In this document: one piece after another, positions 17,721-27,031 of the stretch
How positions within the stretch are numbered: the first letter of the stretch is position 1
Layout of the letters: each line of letters starts with the position of its first letter
Source: a virus
Lineage: Duplodnaviria > Caudoviricetes
Virus record (IMG/VR): IMGVR_UViG_3300012041_000046
Span: 1 to 34,095 of that record
Length of the DNA stretch: 34,095 nucleotides
Direction: 5' to 3' (one strand)
Program-made: the position numbers and the translations under genes
The notes under the pieces: model-generated
What the model saw: only the letters and a program-made list of their open reading frames with translations
Databases searched by the model: none
What the model was told of the DNA's origin: nothing

Positions 17721-18605
17721 GTGGCGAACAGCCGCACACCGATCACCGGGCGGCCGGCTGACCCGCCGCGCTATGGCCTGATCCCGACGCTGGGAATCAG
17801 CGAGCCCGCACCCGCCCGCATGGTGGCAGGCGTCGAATTTCAGCCCGAGGGATGCGATGCCGCCGGCGCGTCGGCGGTCGAATGCGGCAGCGACACCGCC
17901 GCCATGGACGGCGGCACCGGGCCGGGGACCATCGGGCAGGTCCCGATTTGGTACTGGGCCGAGGATCGGTGCAGCACGTTCGGTTTCTACAGCCGCGACT
18001 GGGAGGGGCGGGTGCGCCGCGCGCTCGCCGCGCATCGCAGTTACAGCGTGGCCGCCGAGCTGTGGGACGGCGCGATCTCGCTGGCCGAGAGCTATGAAAA
18101 CCCGGTGCTGGCCGGCGACTGGGCCGACGTGGACGTGGTGACCAGCGGCGCGACGGCGGTGGGGAAGGCGCTGGGATGCCTGGAACAGGCGCTGGCGTTC
18201 GGCCTGAAAGGCGGCGAGGGGCTGGTGCATTTCACCCCGCAGGCGCTGGTCCACCTGGCCGAGCTGAACAGCGTGCGCTGGGATGGCACCGCGTGGCGCA
18301 CCCCGATGGGTCACCGCGTCATCGCTGACGCCGGCTACAGCGGGAACGGCCCCGGCGAAACGCCGGCGGGGACGACCCAGTGGGCGTACGCGACGCCGAT
18401 GCTGGACCTGTTCGCTGACCAGGTGGCGCTGCTGCCGGGCGACCCGACCGACCGCGAGGTGCTGGCGCAGGGCGCCATGGACATCGCGCTGAACACCGTG
18501 GCCGTGCGAGCTGGGCAGCTGATCCTGGTGCGCTGGGCGAATGAGTGTGTGCTGGCCGCCGCCGAGCTGGACCTGCCGGTGTGCGCCGTGGGCGGCGACA
18601 GCTGA
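17721..18605 (+). CDS. Second capsid protein (pentamer-type)
   Basis: PPRYGL, GVEF..EGC, VAAELWDG, LGCLEQAL, G-x-VH, TPMGHRVIADAGY and WAYAT; directly follows the hexamer-type capsid as in cluster-B-like phages. Confidence 0.7.
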   Translation: MANSRTPITGRPADPPRYGLIPTLGISEPAPARMVAGVEFQPEGCDAAGASAVECGSDTAAMDGGTGPGTIGQVPIWYWAEDRCSTFGFYSRDWEGRVRRALAAHRSYSVAAELWDGAISLAESYENPVLAGDWADVDVVTSGATAVGKALGCLEQALAFGLKGGEGLVHFTPQALVHLAELNSVRWDGTAWRTPMGHRVIADAGYSGNGPGETPAGTTQWAYATPMLDLFADQVALLPGDPTDREVLAQGAMDIALNTVAVRAGQLILVRWANECVLAAAELDLPVCAVGGDS

Positions 18606-19795
18606 TGCCTGACTGGGAGGTCGGGACCGACCCGATGACGGTGGACTGGACCACGAACGGCGGCGGTGGGCCGTCGGGACCCATCGCGCTGACCGACCTG
18701 ACCGACGTGGACGTGGCCGGCGTCAGCGACGGCGACGTGCTCACGTTCGACCAGGCGAGCGGCGACTGGATCGGGGGGCCTGCCGGCGGGTCGCTGGCGC
18801 TGGATCAGCTGACCGACGTGGACGCTGCAGCCCCCGCTGACGGTGACGTGCTGACGTTCGACAGCGGTAGCGGCGACTGGATCGCGGCGGCTATCGCCGC
18901 CGGCGCCGGTGGCGGGTGGAAGGCGTGGGCGAGCACCCCGATTCTGGCGGGGAACGAGCTGGTCAACTGGAACCCCTACCAGGACGTAGCCGGGCAGGCG
19001 GCGACGGTGGTGGCGGCCGCCGGCGACCTGCTGCTGATTGTCCCGCAGTACGTATGGTTTTCTGACGGCAGCACGTCGAACGGGCACCTGCGGCTGCAGA
19101 CCATCGTTAGCGCCGCCGCGGTCAATGACATTGAACCGAACGGGTGGGTGGCCGACGGCGACGTGGTGACGACCATGGGGGCGCCGTACCTGTACGTGGT
19201 GGACCCCGCCGACCTGGACGGCGGCAGCGTGACGCTGCAGGCGCAGGTGTTCCTGGATTTCGGGGATCACACCCTGCTGCAGGGTTCGTTTATCCAGGTT
19301 CTGAACCTGGGGCCGGCCGCGCCGAGCCCGACGCCGGCCGGCGTGCGGTTCGCTGAAACGGTCGTGACCGCCGACGTGGCAGCGAACAGCGCCACCTGGG
19401 CCGATATGACCGGGTACGAATGCGAGGTGCAGGCGCAGGCCGGCGACGTGGTGGACCTGTTCCTGTGCACCTACCCGAACGCTTTTGCGGCGAACGCGCA
19501 GCTGTGCCTGGACATCGGCACCATTGTCAGCGCCGCGGTGGTGAACCGCGTCAGCGGCAGCACCGGGAACGGCGACCTGGGATGCGTCGAATCGTTCCAG
19601 GTGCAGGGCAGCGGGCAGGCGCTGTACGGCGCGCATATCGGCCGCCGCTACGTGGTGCAGGCCGGCGACGTGGAAGGCGGCACCGTCACGTTCCGCGGCC
19701 TGTACCGAAACCCGGTTGCCAGCTGCACGCTGTCGGCCGCGGCTAACACCATTCGCAGCCTGATCCAGGCGACGAACCTGGGGGCGGGCATATGA
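18605..19795 (+). CDS. Repeat-containing fibre/decoration-like structural protein
   Basis: Two 37-aa LTDLTDVD...DGDVLTFD..SGDW repeats and two related C-terminal beta domains; ATG 18605 by TGATG coupling. Confidence 0.7.
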   Translation: MPDWEVGTDPMTVDWTTNGGGGPSGPIALTDLTDVDVAGVSDGDVLTFDQASGDWIGGPAGGSLALDQLTDVDAAAPADGDVLTFDSGSGDWIAAAIAAGAGGGWKAWASTPILAGNELVNWNPYQDVAGQAATVVAAAGDLLLIVPQYVWFSDGSTSNGHLRLQTIVSAAAVNDIEPNGWVADGDVVTTMGAPYLYVVDPADLDGGSVTLQAQVFLDFGDHTLLQGSFIQVLNLGPAAPSPTPAGVRFAETVVTADVAANSATWADMTGYECEVQAQAGDVVDLFLCTYPNAFAANAQLCLDIGTIVSAAVVNRVSGSTGNGDLGCVESFQVQGSGQALYGAHIGRRYVVQAGDVEGGTVTFRGLYRNPVASCTLSAAANTIRSLIQATNLGAGI

Positions 19796-19858
19796 CCGCC
19801 CCGAGGCGCACCACCATCACCGCCGCACCCGCGGCGCTAACACTGGGAGGAAACCCCT

Positions 19859-20500
19859 ATGGCTGAACACTGTTTGCCACAGGTCCAGGCCGTCGCCATG
19901 CGGGTGACCGACCTGGACGTGGACGGCGTGCCGCTGCCCGGCGCTGACAGCATCGTGATCAGTAACGCGCTGACCACTATGGCCGTCAGCCCGGTCTACA
20001 CCGACGGCGACGAAATCGAGGAAAAGGGCGCGAGCGGTGCGGTGTGTGTGAACTACCGCAGCGCCGACAGCCTCAAGCGGTATGACGTGACGATCACGCT
20101 GTGCACGCCCGACCCGTACCTGCAGGCGAAGCTGTCGGGCGGCGTCGTGCTCACCGACGCGCTGAAAGTCGGGTACGCGGACCCGGCAATTGGCGTGATC
20201 ACCGGGAACGGCGTCAGCATCGAAATCTGGACGCTGCGAATCGACAGCGGCGCCCTGGACAGCGACAGCCCCTACGCCTGGCACGTCTACCCGAGGGTGC
20301 AGAACCTGCGGGTGGGCGACTACAGCCACCAGAACGGTGCGCTGCTGCCGGTGTTCAGCGGCCAGGCCGTCGAAAACCCGAACTGGTTTGACGGGCCGAC
20401 GAATGACTGGCCGGCCGCCAGCGACCGGGTGCACCAGTGGATCGAAACGAACAGCTACCCGACGCCGGTTTGCGGCCCGGTGGAGCTGGTCGCCAGCTGA
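19859..20500 (+). CDS. Major tail (tube) protein
   Basis: MRVTDLD..G-x-P, DGDEIEEK-x-A-x-G..CV, LK...V-x-ITLC-x-PDP; strong SD GGGAGGA; hairpin downstream. Confidence 0.8.
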   Translation: MAEHCLPQVQAVAMRVTDLDVDGVPLPGADSIVISNALTTMAVSPVYTDGDEIEEKGASGAVCVNYRSADSLKRYDVTITLCTPDPYLQAKLSGGVVLTDALKVGYADPAIGVITGNGVSIEIWTLRIDSGALDSDSPYAWHVYPRVQNLRVGDYSHQNGALLPVFSGQAVENPNWFDGPTNDWPAASDRVHQWIETNSYPTPVCGPVELVAS

Positions 20501-20515
20501 ACCCTTGCGCGAGCA

Positions 20516-20554
20516 CGCCGGCCCGGTGGGGGAGTGACCCTGCCGGCGCCGGCG
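20516..20554 (+). terminator. GC-rich hairpin after the major tail gene (no U-tract)
   Basis: CGCCGGC-CCGGTGGGG pairs with CCCTGCCGG-C-GCCGGCG (16 bp, 2 G-U pairs, 1 bulge). Confidence 0.55.
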
Positions 20555-20596
20555 ACCCGCCCAGCTCGCCGCCCGACGAATGAAAGGCTGGGGACA

Positions 20597-21418
20597 ATGA
20601 GCGAAACCTGCCAGCCCTGGGCGACGACCGCCGACGTGTGCAGCCCCTGTGACGATTACGAATTCAGCAGCGTGCTGCTGGGCGACTGCCTGCAATGGGC
20701 GAGCGACATTCTTTACGACCTGACGATGCGCCGGTGGCCGGGCCTGTGCGAGGAAACGGTGCGGCCGTGCGGCGCCGAATACGCCTGGCCGACGAACCCG
20801 AGGCCGGCATACAGCCCCTGGTACGGGTGGGCGTGGTGGCAGACAGCGGGCGGCTGCGGGTGCACGAACGCCGCGAGCTGCGGCTGCCACCATCACAGCG
20901 AGCTGCGCCTGCCCCGCAACCCGGTGGACGCCAGCAGCGTGGTTGTGACGATTGACGGGGCCGTGGTGAACCCGGCCCGCTACCGGGTAGACGACGGATT
21001 CCGGCTGGTGTACCAGCCCGAGAGCACGTCGGCCGCCCGGCAGGGGTGGCCGTGCTGCCAGGACCTTTCGCTGCCGGCCGGCGAGGCGAACACCTGGACC
21101 GTCGAATACGGCTACGGGCAGCTGCCGCCCATCGGCGGTGTGATGTCGGCGGCGCAGCTGGGATGCCAGCTGGCGCTGTCCTGCCAGCCCGAGACGATAG
21201 GCCGCTGCCGGCTGCCGAAACGGGTGACCAGCATCACCCGGCAGGGGATCACCGTGGCCGCGGTCCTAGACCCGCTGGAACTGTTCGGGCAGGGCCTGAC
21301 GGGGCTGCCCGAGGTGGACCTGTGGGTGGCGTCGGTGAACCGTGGGCAGGCGAACCGGGGCGCCAGCGTCGGGGTGCCGAACACCCGCCGGCCGTCGTTC
21401 CGCCGCACGTTCGCCTAA
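20597..21418 (+). CDS. Head-to-tail adaptor (Cys-rich, cluster-B-like)
   Basis: ASDILY-x-LT..RW-x-G-x-C..TVRPC, CRLP-x-RV-x-SITRQG and GLTG..EVD-x-W...VN; ATG 20597 has an SD. Confidence 0.75.
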   Translation: MSETCQPWATTADVCSPCDDYEFSSVLLGDCLQWASDILYDLTMRRWPGLCEETVRPCGAEYAWPTNPRPAYSPWYGWAWWQTAGGCGCTNAASCGCHHHSELRLPRNPVDASSVVVTIDGAVVNPARYRVDDGFRLVYQPESTSAARQGWPCCQDLSLPAGEANTWTVEYGYGQLPPIGGVMSAAQLGCQLALSCQPETIGRCRLPKRVTSITRQGITVAAVLDPLELFGQGLTGLPEVDLWVASVNRGQANRGASVGVPNTRRPSFRRTFA

Positions 21419-21443
21419 CCCCGCCGAGCCCGCCCACCCCGGT

Positions 21444-21449
21444 TAAGGT
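21444..21449 (+). promoter_or_regulatory. -10 element TAAGGT, leaderless promoter of the glyco cassette
   Basis: 6 nt before GTG 21456. Confidence 0.55.
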
Positions 21450-21455
21450 CGCCGG

Positions 21456-22484
21456 GTGCGAATCTGCTACGTCGGGAATTTCACGCGCCCCTGGTGCACC
21501 GAGGTGCACGTGGCCGCCTCGCTGGAATACCTGGGGCATGACGTGGTGCGCTACCAGGAAAACCTGGTGGACTGGAACACCCTGGCCGAACGGGTCGGCG
21601 GCGACGACGGCGAGGCGCTGCTGTGGACCCGCACGTGGCACACCCCCGAGCAGCCGGCGCTGCGCGAGCTGGGGAAGCTGCGAGCCGCGGGGCTGCCCAC
21701 CGCGTCGTATCACCTGGACCGGTTCCTGGGCCTGGAACGCGAGGCGCTGGTGGACAGCGAACCGTTTTTCAGAACTGACGTGCTGTTCTGCCCCGATGCC
21801 GGCGACTGGGCGGCGCACGGCGTAAACGCTGTCTGGTGCCCACCGGGGGTGTTTCACGCCGAGGCCGGCGCCCGCTACTACGTGCGCCCGCAGCGGTGGC
21901 CCTATGACGTGGTGCTGGTCGGCAGCTACCCGTACCCGCACCCCGAATGGGCGCCATATCGCGAGGAAGCGGTGCGGCGGCTGCGCGCGACGTTCGGCCG
22001 CCGGTTCGCTGTCATCCCGCACGACCTGCGGAACCGGGGCGCGGTGCGCGGCGCGCTGCTGGGCGAGCTGTACGCCACGGTGCCCGTCGTCGTCGGTGAC
22101 AGCTGCCTGGCCGGCGACCCGCCCCCGTCGCGCTACTGGTCCGACCGCATCCCCGAAACCGTCGGGCGGGGCGGGCTGCTGATCCACCCCGAGGTCGGCG
22201 GCCTGGCCGACTGGTACAGCCACGACGAACACCTGCTGACCTACCCGCTGGGCGATTTCGACAGCATGGTGGCGCTGGCCGAACTGGCGCTGGAAAACCC
22301 CGACCGGGCGCGCGAGGTGCGCCGCGCCGGCCGCGAGCTGGTGCTGGCCCGCGACACCTACGTGCACCGAATGCGGGTCGTGGCCGACTGGCTGCAGGTC
22401 GCCGCGACGGTGCACGCCGGCGCCGGCGACGTTTGGAACATTCACGCGGGGTTCGGCCCTGCCGTCCCGCCGGTGGCGGTGTGA
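21456..22484 (+). CDS. Glycosyltransferase, GT-B (CgeB/Glyco_trans_1_2-like)
   Basis: LEYLGHDV, DVVLVGS, GDS...YWSDRIPETVGRGGLLIHP and GRELV...DTY-x-HR. Confidence 0.85.
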   Translation: MRICYVGNFTRPWCTEVHVAASLEYLGHDVVRYQENLVDWNTLAERVGGDDGEALLWTRTWHTPEQPALRELGKLRAAGLPTASYHLDRFLGLEREALVDSEPFFRTDVLFCPDAGDWAAHGVNAVWCPPGVFHAEAGARYYVRPQRWPYDVVLVGSYPYPHPEWAPYREEAVRRLRATFGRRFAVIPHDLRNRGAVRGALLGELYATVPVVVGDSCLAGDPPPSRYWSDRIPETVGRGGLLIHPEVGGLADWYSHDEHLLTYPLGDFDSMVALAELALENPDRAREVRRAGRELVLARDTYVHRMRVVADWLQVAATVHAGAGDVWNIHAGFGPAVPPVAV

Positions 22485-23227
22485 GTCACCGGGACCCGCT
22501 GGCCGGGATCACCCGCTACTGGTCGGCCGACCTGGACGTGCGCGCCCGGTTCGTGGCGCTGGGCGGCCGGCTGTCCCGCGGGGCGATTGACGAAATCTGG
22601 ACCGATGACACCTACGCCGCCGGCGAGTTGGGCCTGGAAGGGACGACGGTGGTGGACGTGGGCGCGAGCGTGGGGGCGTTCACGGTGCTGGCCGGCCGCC
22701 TCGGCGCCGAGCACGTGCACGCCTATGAACCGCACCCCGGCACCTGCGAGGTGCTGCGCGGGAACGTTTGGCGCAATCAGCTGGACGACCGGGTGACGGT
22801 GCACGAACAGGCGGTGATCGGCTGCGGCGACCACCCGAGGGGGTACGGCGTGCTCGCCGGCGACGGCGCCGACGCCCGCCTGCTGGACGGCATGCCGGCG
22901 CCCGACCCGACGACCGGCGGCCCCGAGCTGCTGGTGGAACTGGCGCACGTGGCCGACGTGCTCGGCGGCCTGGACGCGGTGGTGCTGAAACTGGACTGCG
23001 AGGGGGCCGAGCGCGAGATAGTCGCCGCGTTGCACGCCGGCGGGCTGCTGGTGCGGCCCGGCCTGCGGGGCCTGGTGATGGAATTTCACGGCCCCCGCAT
23101 GCCCGGCCAGGAACACCTGGACGTAGCCGGCTGGGGGCTGATGGTCACCCAGCTCGCAGAATTCGGGCGGCTGCGCACCATCGGCCGGCCCGAATGGGGC
23201 GGCCTGCTGTGGTGGACGGCGTACTGA
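22481..23227 (+). CDS. FkbM-family SAM-dependent methyltransferase
   Basis: VVDVGASVGAF, VHAYEP, LKLDCEGAE and MEFH; GTGA-coupled. Confidence 0.88.
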   Translation: MSHRDPLAGITRYWSADLDVRARFVALGGRLSRGAIDEIWTDDTYAAGELGLEGTTVVDVGASVGAFTVLAGRLGAEHVHAYEPHPGTCEVLRGNVWRNQLDDRVTVHEQAVIGCGDHPRGYGVLAGDGADARLLDGMPAPDPTTGGPELLVELAHVADVLGGLDAVVLKLDCEGAEREIVAALHAGGLLVRPGLRGLVMEFHGPRMPGQEHLDVAGWGLMVTQLAEFGRLRTIGRPEWGGLLWWTAY

Positions 23228-23880
23228 TGCGCCTGAACGTCGGCTGCGGGGCCGACATACGGGACGGGTGGGTGAACGTGGACCACGCGCCCGAGGCCGG
23301 GGCGGTGCTGGGCGACGCGGCGAACCTGGGCCGCAGTAACGGCGGGCTGCGCCTGCTGGAAATGGGCCTGATGCTGGACCCGTACAGCTACCTGCGGGTG
23401 GGCGACGGCGAGGCCGAGCAGGTGCTGCTCGCGCACGTGCTGCACCAGTTCACGGTGGAATGGACGACCGCCGGCGACGGTGCGGTGCAGGTGCTGGGCG
23501 AGGCGCTGCGGGTCCTGCGGCCCGGCGGCGAGCTGATCGTGGTGGAACCCGACGTGCTCGGCGTGGTGGGCGACTATGACAGCCCGCTGGCCGACGGCAC
23601 CGAGGGTGACCCCCGCGGGATGCTCGCCCGGCTGATCCCCGACGACGACGAACCGACGATGGACGGGAAGCTGCTGCGGTGGGTGACCTGGCACGGCACC
23701 CGCCGGTCGCTGTGGGCGCCCAGCTCGCTGACCGAGCTGCTGCTGCGCGTCGGGTTCGCCGCCGCTGGCGCGCTGCCGTTGCGCTCGCCCGAGCATCGCG
23801 AATGGGCGGGGGACCGGTGGCGGGAATCGTTCACGGTGACCGCCAGGAAGGCGCCCGAGCCCGAGGGGGTGGTGCTGTGA
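23227..23880 (+). CDS. Class I SAM-dependent methyltransferase (Methyltransf_11-like)
   Basis: RLNVGCG...GWVNVD, HVL-x-xF and EALRVLRPGG; TGATG-coupled. Confidence 0.85.
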   Translation: MRLNVGCGADIRDGWVNVDHAPEAGAVLGDAANLGRSNGGLRLLEMGLMLDPYSYLRVGDGEAEQVLLAHVLHQFTVEWTTAGDGAVQVLGEALRVLRPGGELIVVEPDVLGVVGDYDSPLADGTEGDPRGMLARLIPDDDEPTMDGKLLRWVTWHGTRRSLWAPSSLTELLLRVGFAAAGALPLRSPEHREWAGDRWRESFTVTARKAPEPEGVVL

Positions 23881-24203
23881 CCGGCCTAGCTGCTGGTGCC
23901 CACCCGGCGAATCGAAATGAGGCAAATGACGGTGTGGGGCTGCAGGTTCGGCATGAACAGCGTGCCGTCCCCGTTGACGGTGCGGTGGCGGCCGTCGCCC
24001 AGGCAGTTAATGACCGATTCGGTGGTGCCGTCGCGGCTGTCCACCATCACCCCGACCAGGGTGCGCTGCGAGGGGGGCGGCGGCGGGTCATCGGCTGCCA
24101 CCGCGCCGTTCACGGCGAAACCGGCGACGAATACGGCGGGGCACAGGACAGCGAGAGCGACGCGGCGGGGGCGCATGCCGTCACGGTACGGGGGCCGGCA
24201 TGA
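23877..24203 (+). CDS. Possible coupling ORF antisense to 23886-24176
   Basis: SD GAGGGGG, GTGA overlap upstream and ATGA overlap downstream, but its composition looks like an antisense shadow. Confidence 0.3.
   Translation: MTGLAAGAHPANRNEANDGVGLQVRHEQRAVPVDGAVAAVAQAVNDRFGGAVAAVHHHPDQGALRGGRRRVIGCHRAVHGETGDEYGGAQDSESDAAGAHAVTVRGPA
23886..24176 (-). CDS. Small secreted protein
   Basis: Signal peptide MRPRRVALAVLCPAVFVAGFAVNGAVA, a Pro run and two further Cys; leaderless TACCGT-N6-ATG. Confidence 0.65.
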   Translation of the reverse strand: MRPRRVALAVLCPAVFVAGFAVNGAVAADDPPPPPSQRTLVGVMVDSRDGTTESVINCLGDGRHRTVNGDGTLFMPNLQPHTVICLISIRRVGTSS

Positions 24204-25237
24204 AACTGGGAGTGATAGCCCGAGCTGACCGGCGGGGCCTGGCGCACGTCACCTGGGAGGCGGCCCGGCACCTCGCGCCCGAGCGGGTGCTGCTGGTCGA
24301 TATGGGCCGGCTGTCGCCCGGCGCGATCCACCGCGACTGGTACGACGACCCGACGGTGGTGCAGTTCGACGGCACCTACCTGCCCGAGGCCGAGGTGCGC
24401 CGCTGGCTGGCGGGGCTGGACGTGATCTACACCGCCGAAACGCCCTATGACTGGCGGCTGCCGGGCTGGGCCCGCGAGGCCGGCGTGGGCGTGGTCGTGC
24501 ACGTCATGCCGGAATTCTGGAAGGCCGAGCTGCGGGATTCGAACCCGACGGCGTGGTGGAACCCGACCAGCTGGCGGCGCGACACCCTGCCCGAATCCAC
24601 CCGGCTGGTGCCGGTGCCGTACCCGGTGGACCGGTTCGGCCCGCCCGCCGAGCTGTACGACGGCACCGGCCCGCTGCGGGTCCTGCACCCGGCGGGGAAG
24701 CTCGCCGCGTGGGATCGGAACGGCACCCGGCTGCTGTTCCAGGCGCTGCGAGGTGTGCGCCGGCCGGTTCACGTCACGGTCACCTCGCAGGACGGCATGG
24801 TGCCCCGCGCGACGGGGCTGCCGGCGAACGTGACGGTGGACGTGGTGAAAGGCGACCGGCCCGAATACTGGACCGGCTACGCCGACCATCACCTGATGGT
24901 CCTACCCCGACGCTACGGGGGGCTGTGCCTGCCGGCCCTGGAAGGCGCTGCAGCCGGGCTGGGCCTGGTCATGCCTGACTGCAGCCCGAACGGTTCGCTG
25001 CCCCTGTGCGCCGAAATAGGGGGCACGTGGGGGGAAACGGTGGCGATGCCGTGCGGCCCGGTGCGGCTGTTCCAGCCGAACTACCGGCACCTCGCCCTGG
25101 CGCTGAACGAACTGGCCGACGACCCCGAGCTGGTACGGGACGGGCAGGCGCGCGCGTGGGGGCAGGCGCAGCTGTGCAGCTGGGAGGCGCTGACCGGGCT
25201 GTGGCACGCCGAGCTGGGCGCGGCGGCGGTGCCGTGA
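24200..25237 (+). CDS. Glycosyltransferase, GT-B (GT4-like)
   Basis: IARADRRGL, YTAETPY, DRNGT and LPRRYGGLCLPALEG-x-AAG motifs, as in actinophage glycosyltransferases. Confidence 0.85.
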   Translation: MKLGVIARADRRGLAHVTWEAARHLAPERVLLVDMGRLSPGAIHRDWYDDPTVVQFDGTYLPEAEVRRWLAGLDVIYTAETPYDWRLPGWAREAGVGVVVHVMPEFWKAELRDSNPTAWWNPTSWRRDTLPESTRLVPVPYPVDRFGPPAELYDGTGPLRVLHPAGKLAAWDRNGTRLLFQALRGVRRPVHVTVTSQDGMVPRATGLPANVTVDVVKGDRPEYWTGYADHHLMVLPRRYGGLCLPALEGAAAGLGLVMPDCSPNGSLPLCAEIGGTWGETVAMPCGPVRLFQPNYRHLALALNELADDPELVRDGQARAWGQAQLCSWEALTGLWHAELGAAAVP

Positions 25238-26214
25238 CCCTGGACGCGTTCGCGTCAATGCCGCACTACGCCGACCACCTGCGCCCGATATGGGATGCGC
25301 TGCCGGCCGAGCTGCGCGGCACGTTCTGGCGGGCGGGGGCGATGATGCGGGACCAGCCGGGCGCTGTGCTGCCGCGAGGCCGCCTGGACGCTGTGGGGCC
25401 GGTGGTGATGGTCGCCGGCGCCGCCGACCGGAACCTGTGCAAGGGCCGCCAGGTGATCCTGGCCGAGCACGGCGCCGGGCAGCGGTACGTCGGGGTGCAG
25501 TCAGCGAGCTACAGCGGCGGCCCCGGCTGGGATCGGTGCCGGCTGTTCCTGTGCCCGAACGATGACGTGGCCGCCCGGTGGCGGGAGGCGTACCCGGCCA
25601 CGCCGGCGGTCGTGGTCGGCTGCCCCCGCCTGGACCGCTGGCACCGGCCCCTGGCCGGCTGCGAGGTGGCGTGCGGCCCCGAGCGGGTGGTGGCGCTGAC
25701 GTTTCACTGGGATAACCGGCTGGTGCCCGAAACGACCTGGGCGCTGCCGCACTACCAGGACCAGCTGCCGGTGCTGCGAAACTGGCTGGCCGGCCACGGC
25801 TACCAGCTGGTCGGGCACGGCCACCCCCGCGCCCAGGGCGCCCTGCAGCGGGTTTGGCGGCGCCTGGAAATTCCGTTTTGGCCGTCGTTCGACCAGGTGG
25901 CCGCCGGCGCGCAGGTGCTGGTGGGGGATAACACCTCGGCGCTGCCGGAATTCGCCAGCCTCGGCAGGCCGGTGGTGTGGCTGAACGCCCCCTGGTACAG
26001 GCGGAACGTGCACCACGGCGGCCGGTTCTGGTCGTGGCCCGAGGGGCAGCCGACCTGTGACGAACGGGGCGAGCTGTGCGAGGCCGTCGCGCGGGGGCTT
26101 AACCCCCTGCCGGCCGAGGCGCGATCCCGAGCTGCGATGGTGGCCGCCGTCTACGCTGCCACCGACGGGCACGCCGCCGACCGGGCGGCCGCCGCAGTCT
26201 GCGAGGTGCTGTGA
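25234..26214 (+). CDS. GT-B protein, CDP-glycerol glycerophosphotransferase (TagB/TagF)-like
   Basis: EHG, G-x-PRLD, GHP, LVGD-x-TS...EFA-x-LGRPVV and DG-x-AA-x-RAA motifs; GTGA-coupled. Confidence 0.65.
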   Translation: MTLDAFASMPHYADHLRPIWDALPAELRGTFWRAGAMMRDQPGAVLPRGRLDAVGPVVMVAGAADRNLCKGRQVILAEHGAGQRYVGVQSASYSGGPGWDRCRLFLCPNDDVAARWREAYPATPAVVVGCPRLDRWHRPLAGCEVACGPERVVALTFHWDNRLVPETTWALPHYQDQLPVLRNWLAGHGYQLVGHGHPRAQGALQRVWRRLEIPFWPSFDQVAAGAQVLVGDNTSALPEFASLGRPVVWLNAPWYRRNVHHGGRFWSWPEGQPTCDERGELCEAVARGLNPLPAEARSRAAMVAAVYAATDGHAADRAAAAVCEVL

Positions 26215-26232
26215 TCGAACGGGGGCTAACGA

Positions 26233-26508
26233 ATGTCTGACCCTTTCGGGGCGCCGTGGCGGCAGGGTGTGGGCGCCGGCCGGGCTGCGCCCGAGGTGGA
26301 ATCCAAACTGGACGGGCTGCTGCGCCGGTTCCGCGAGCTGGGCGCCACCCCCGACGAAATCGAACAGGTGGCCCTGAACTGGGCGACCGACACCGATGAC
26401 TGGGGGCAGGCCGACCGGGACCTGATGGTGGGAATGTCTGACGGGTCGCTGCTGCAGCTGCTCGCCGGCGTGCGAGCCGAATGGAAGGAACATCATGCAG
26501 GACCCTGA
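26233..26508 (+). CDS. Hypothetical protein
   Basis: Typical codon usage; overlaps the next gene. Confidence 0.6.
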   Translation: MSDPFGAPWRQGVGAGRAAPEVESKLDGLLRRFRELGATPDEIEQVALNWATDTDDWGQADRDLMVGMSDGSLLQLLAGVRAEWKEHHAGP

Positions 26509-27031
26509 CCTGCTTTACGACCGCTGCCAGCAGCTGCTGCAGGCCGTCGGCACCTGGGAAATGTCACACCCCGAATGGTCGCTGCCGTCGATTCGGCTGG
26601 TGACCTACGGGCGGCCGGCGTGGGATTGCGAAATGGTCGCCGCGTGGCTGGTCGTGACCGAGGGGTACGGCGGCGACGTGGCGGTGGGCGGCGTCGGCCC
26701 GCTGGACCCGCAGGCCGAGCGCAGCATGCGGGTCGCGACCCTCGGCGTCAGCATCGTGCGCTGCGATCCCGCCGCCGCCGAAATCGACGTGCACCCCGGC
26801 GGGGGCGGCGAGCTGCCGTCGGCCGCTGCGATAGAGCTGGCCGCCCGCGTCGGGTACGCCGACCACGCGCACCTGCTGAACGCGCTGCACAGCTACACGG
26901 CCCTGCCGGCCAAACCGTTCGGAATCCATCAGTGGGCGCCGCTGTCGTGGTCGGTGGACGGCGGCGAGCCCGGCGGCGGGATGACGGGCAGCACGCTGCT
27001 GCTACGCCTCGGGCTGACGGTGCCGCTGTGA
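26495..27031 (+). CDS. Putative tail terminator / neck protein
   Basis: PAWDC...GVSIVRC...GG..G pattern and position in the neck module; SD GGAAGGA. Confidence 0.55.
   Translation: MQDPDLLYDRCQQLLQAVGTWEMSHPEWSLPSIRLVTYGRPAWDCEMVAAWLVVTEGYGGDVAVGGVGPLDPQAERSMRVATLGVSIVRCDPAAAEIDVHPGGGGELPSAAAIELAARVGYADHAHLLNALHSYTALPAKPFGIHQWAPLSWSVDGGEPGGGMTGSTLLLRLGLTVPL

Noticed and set aside
22481-23880. Methyltransferases as DNA methylases
   Set aside because: They lack DPPY/NPPY or PC catalytic motifs. Their motifs fit FkbM and small-molecule/sugar methyltransferases in a glycosyltransferase context.
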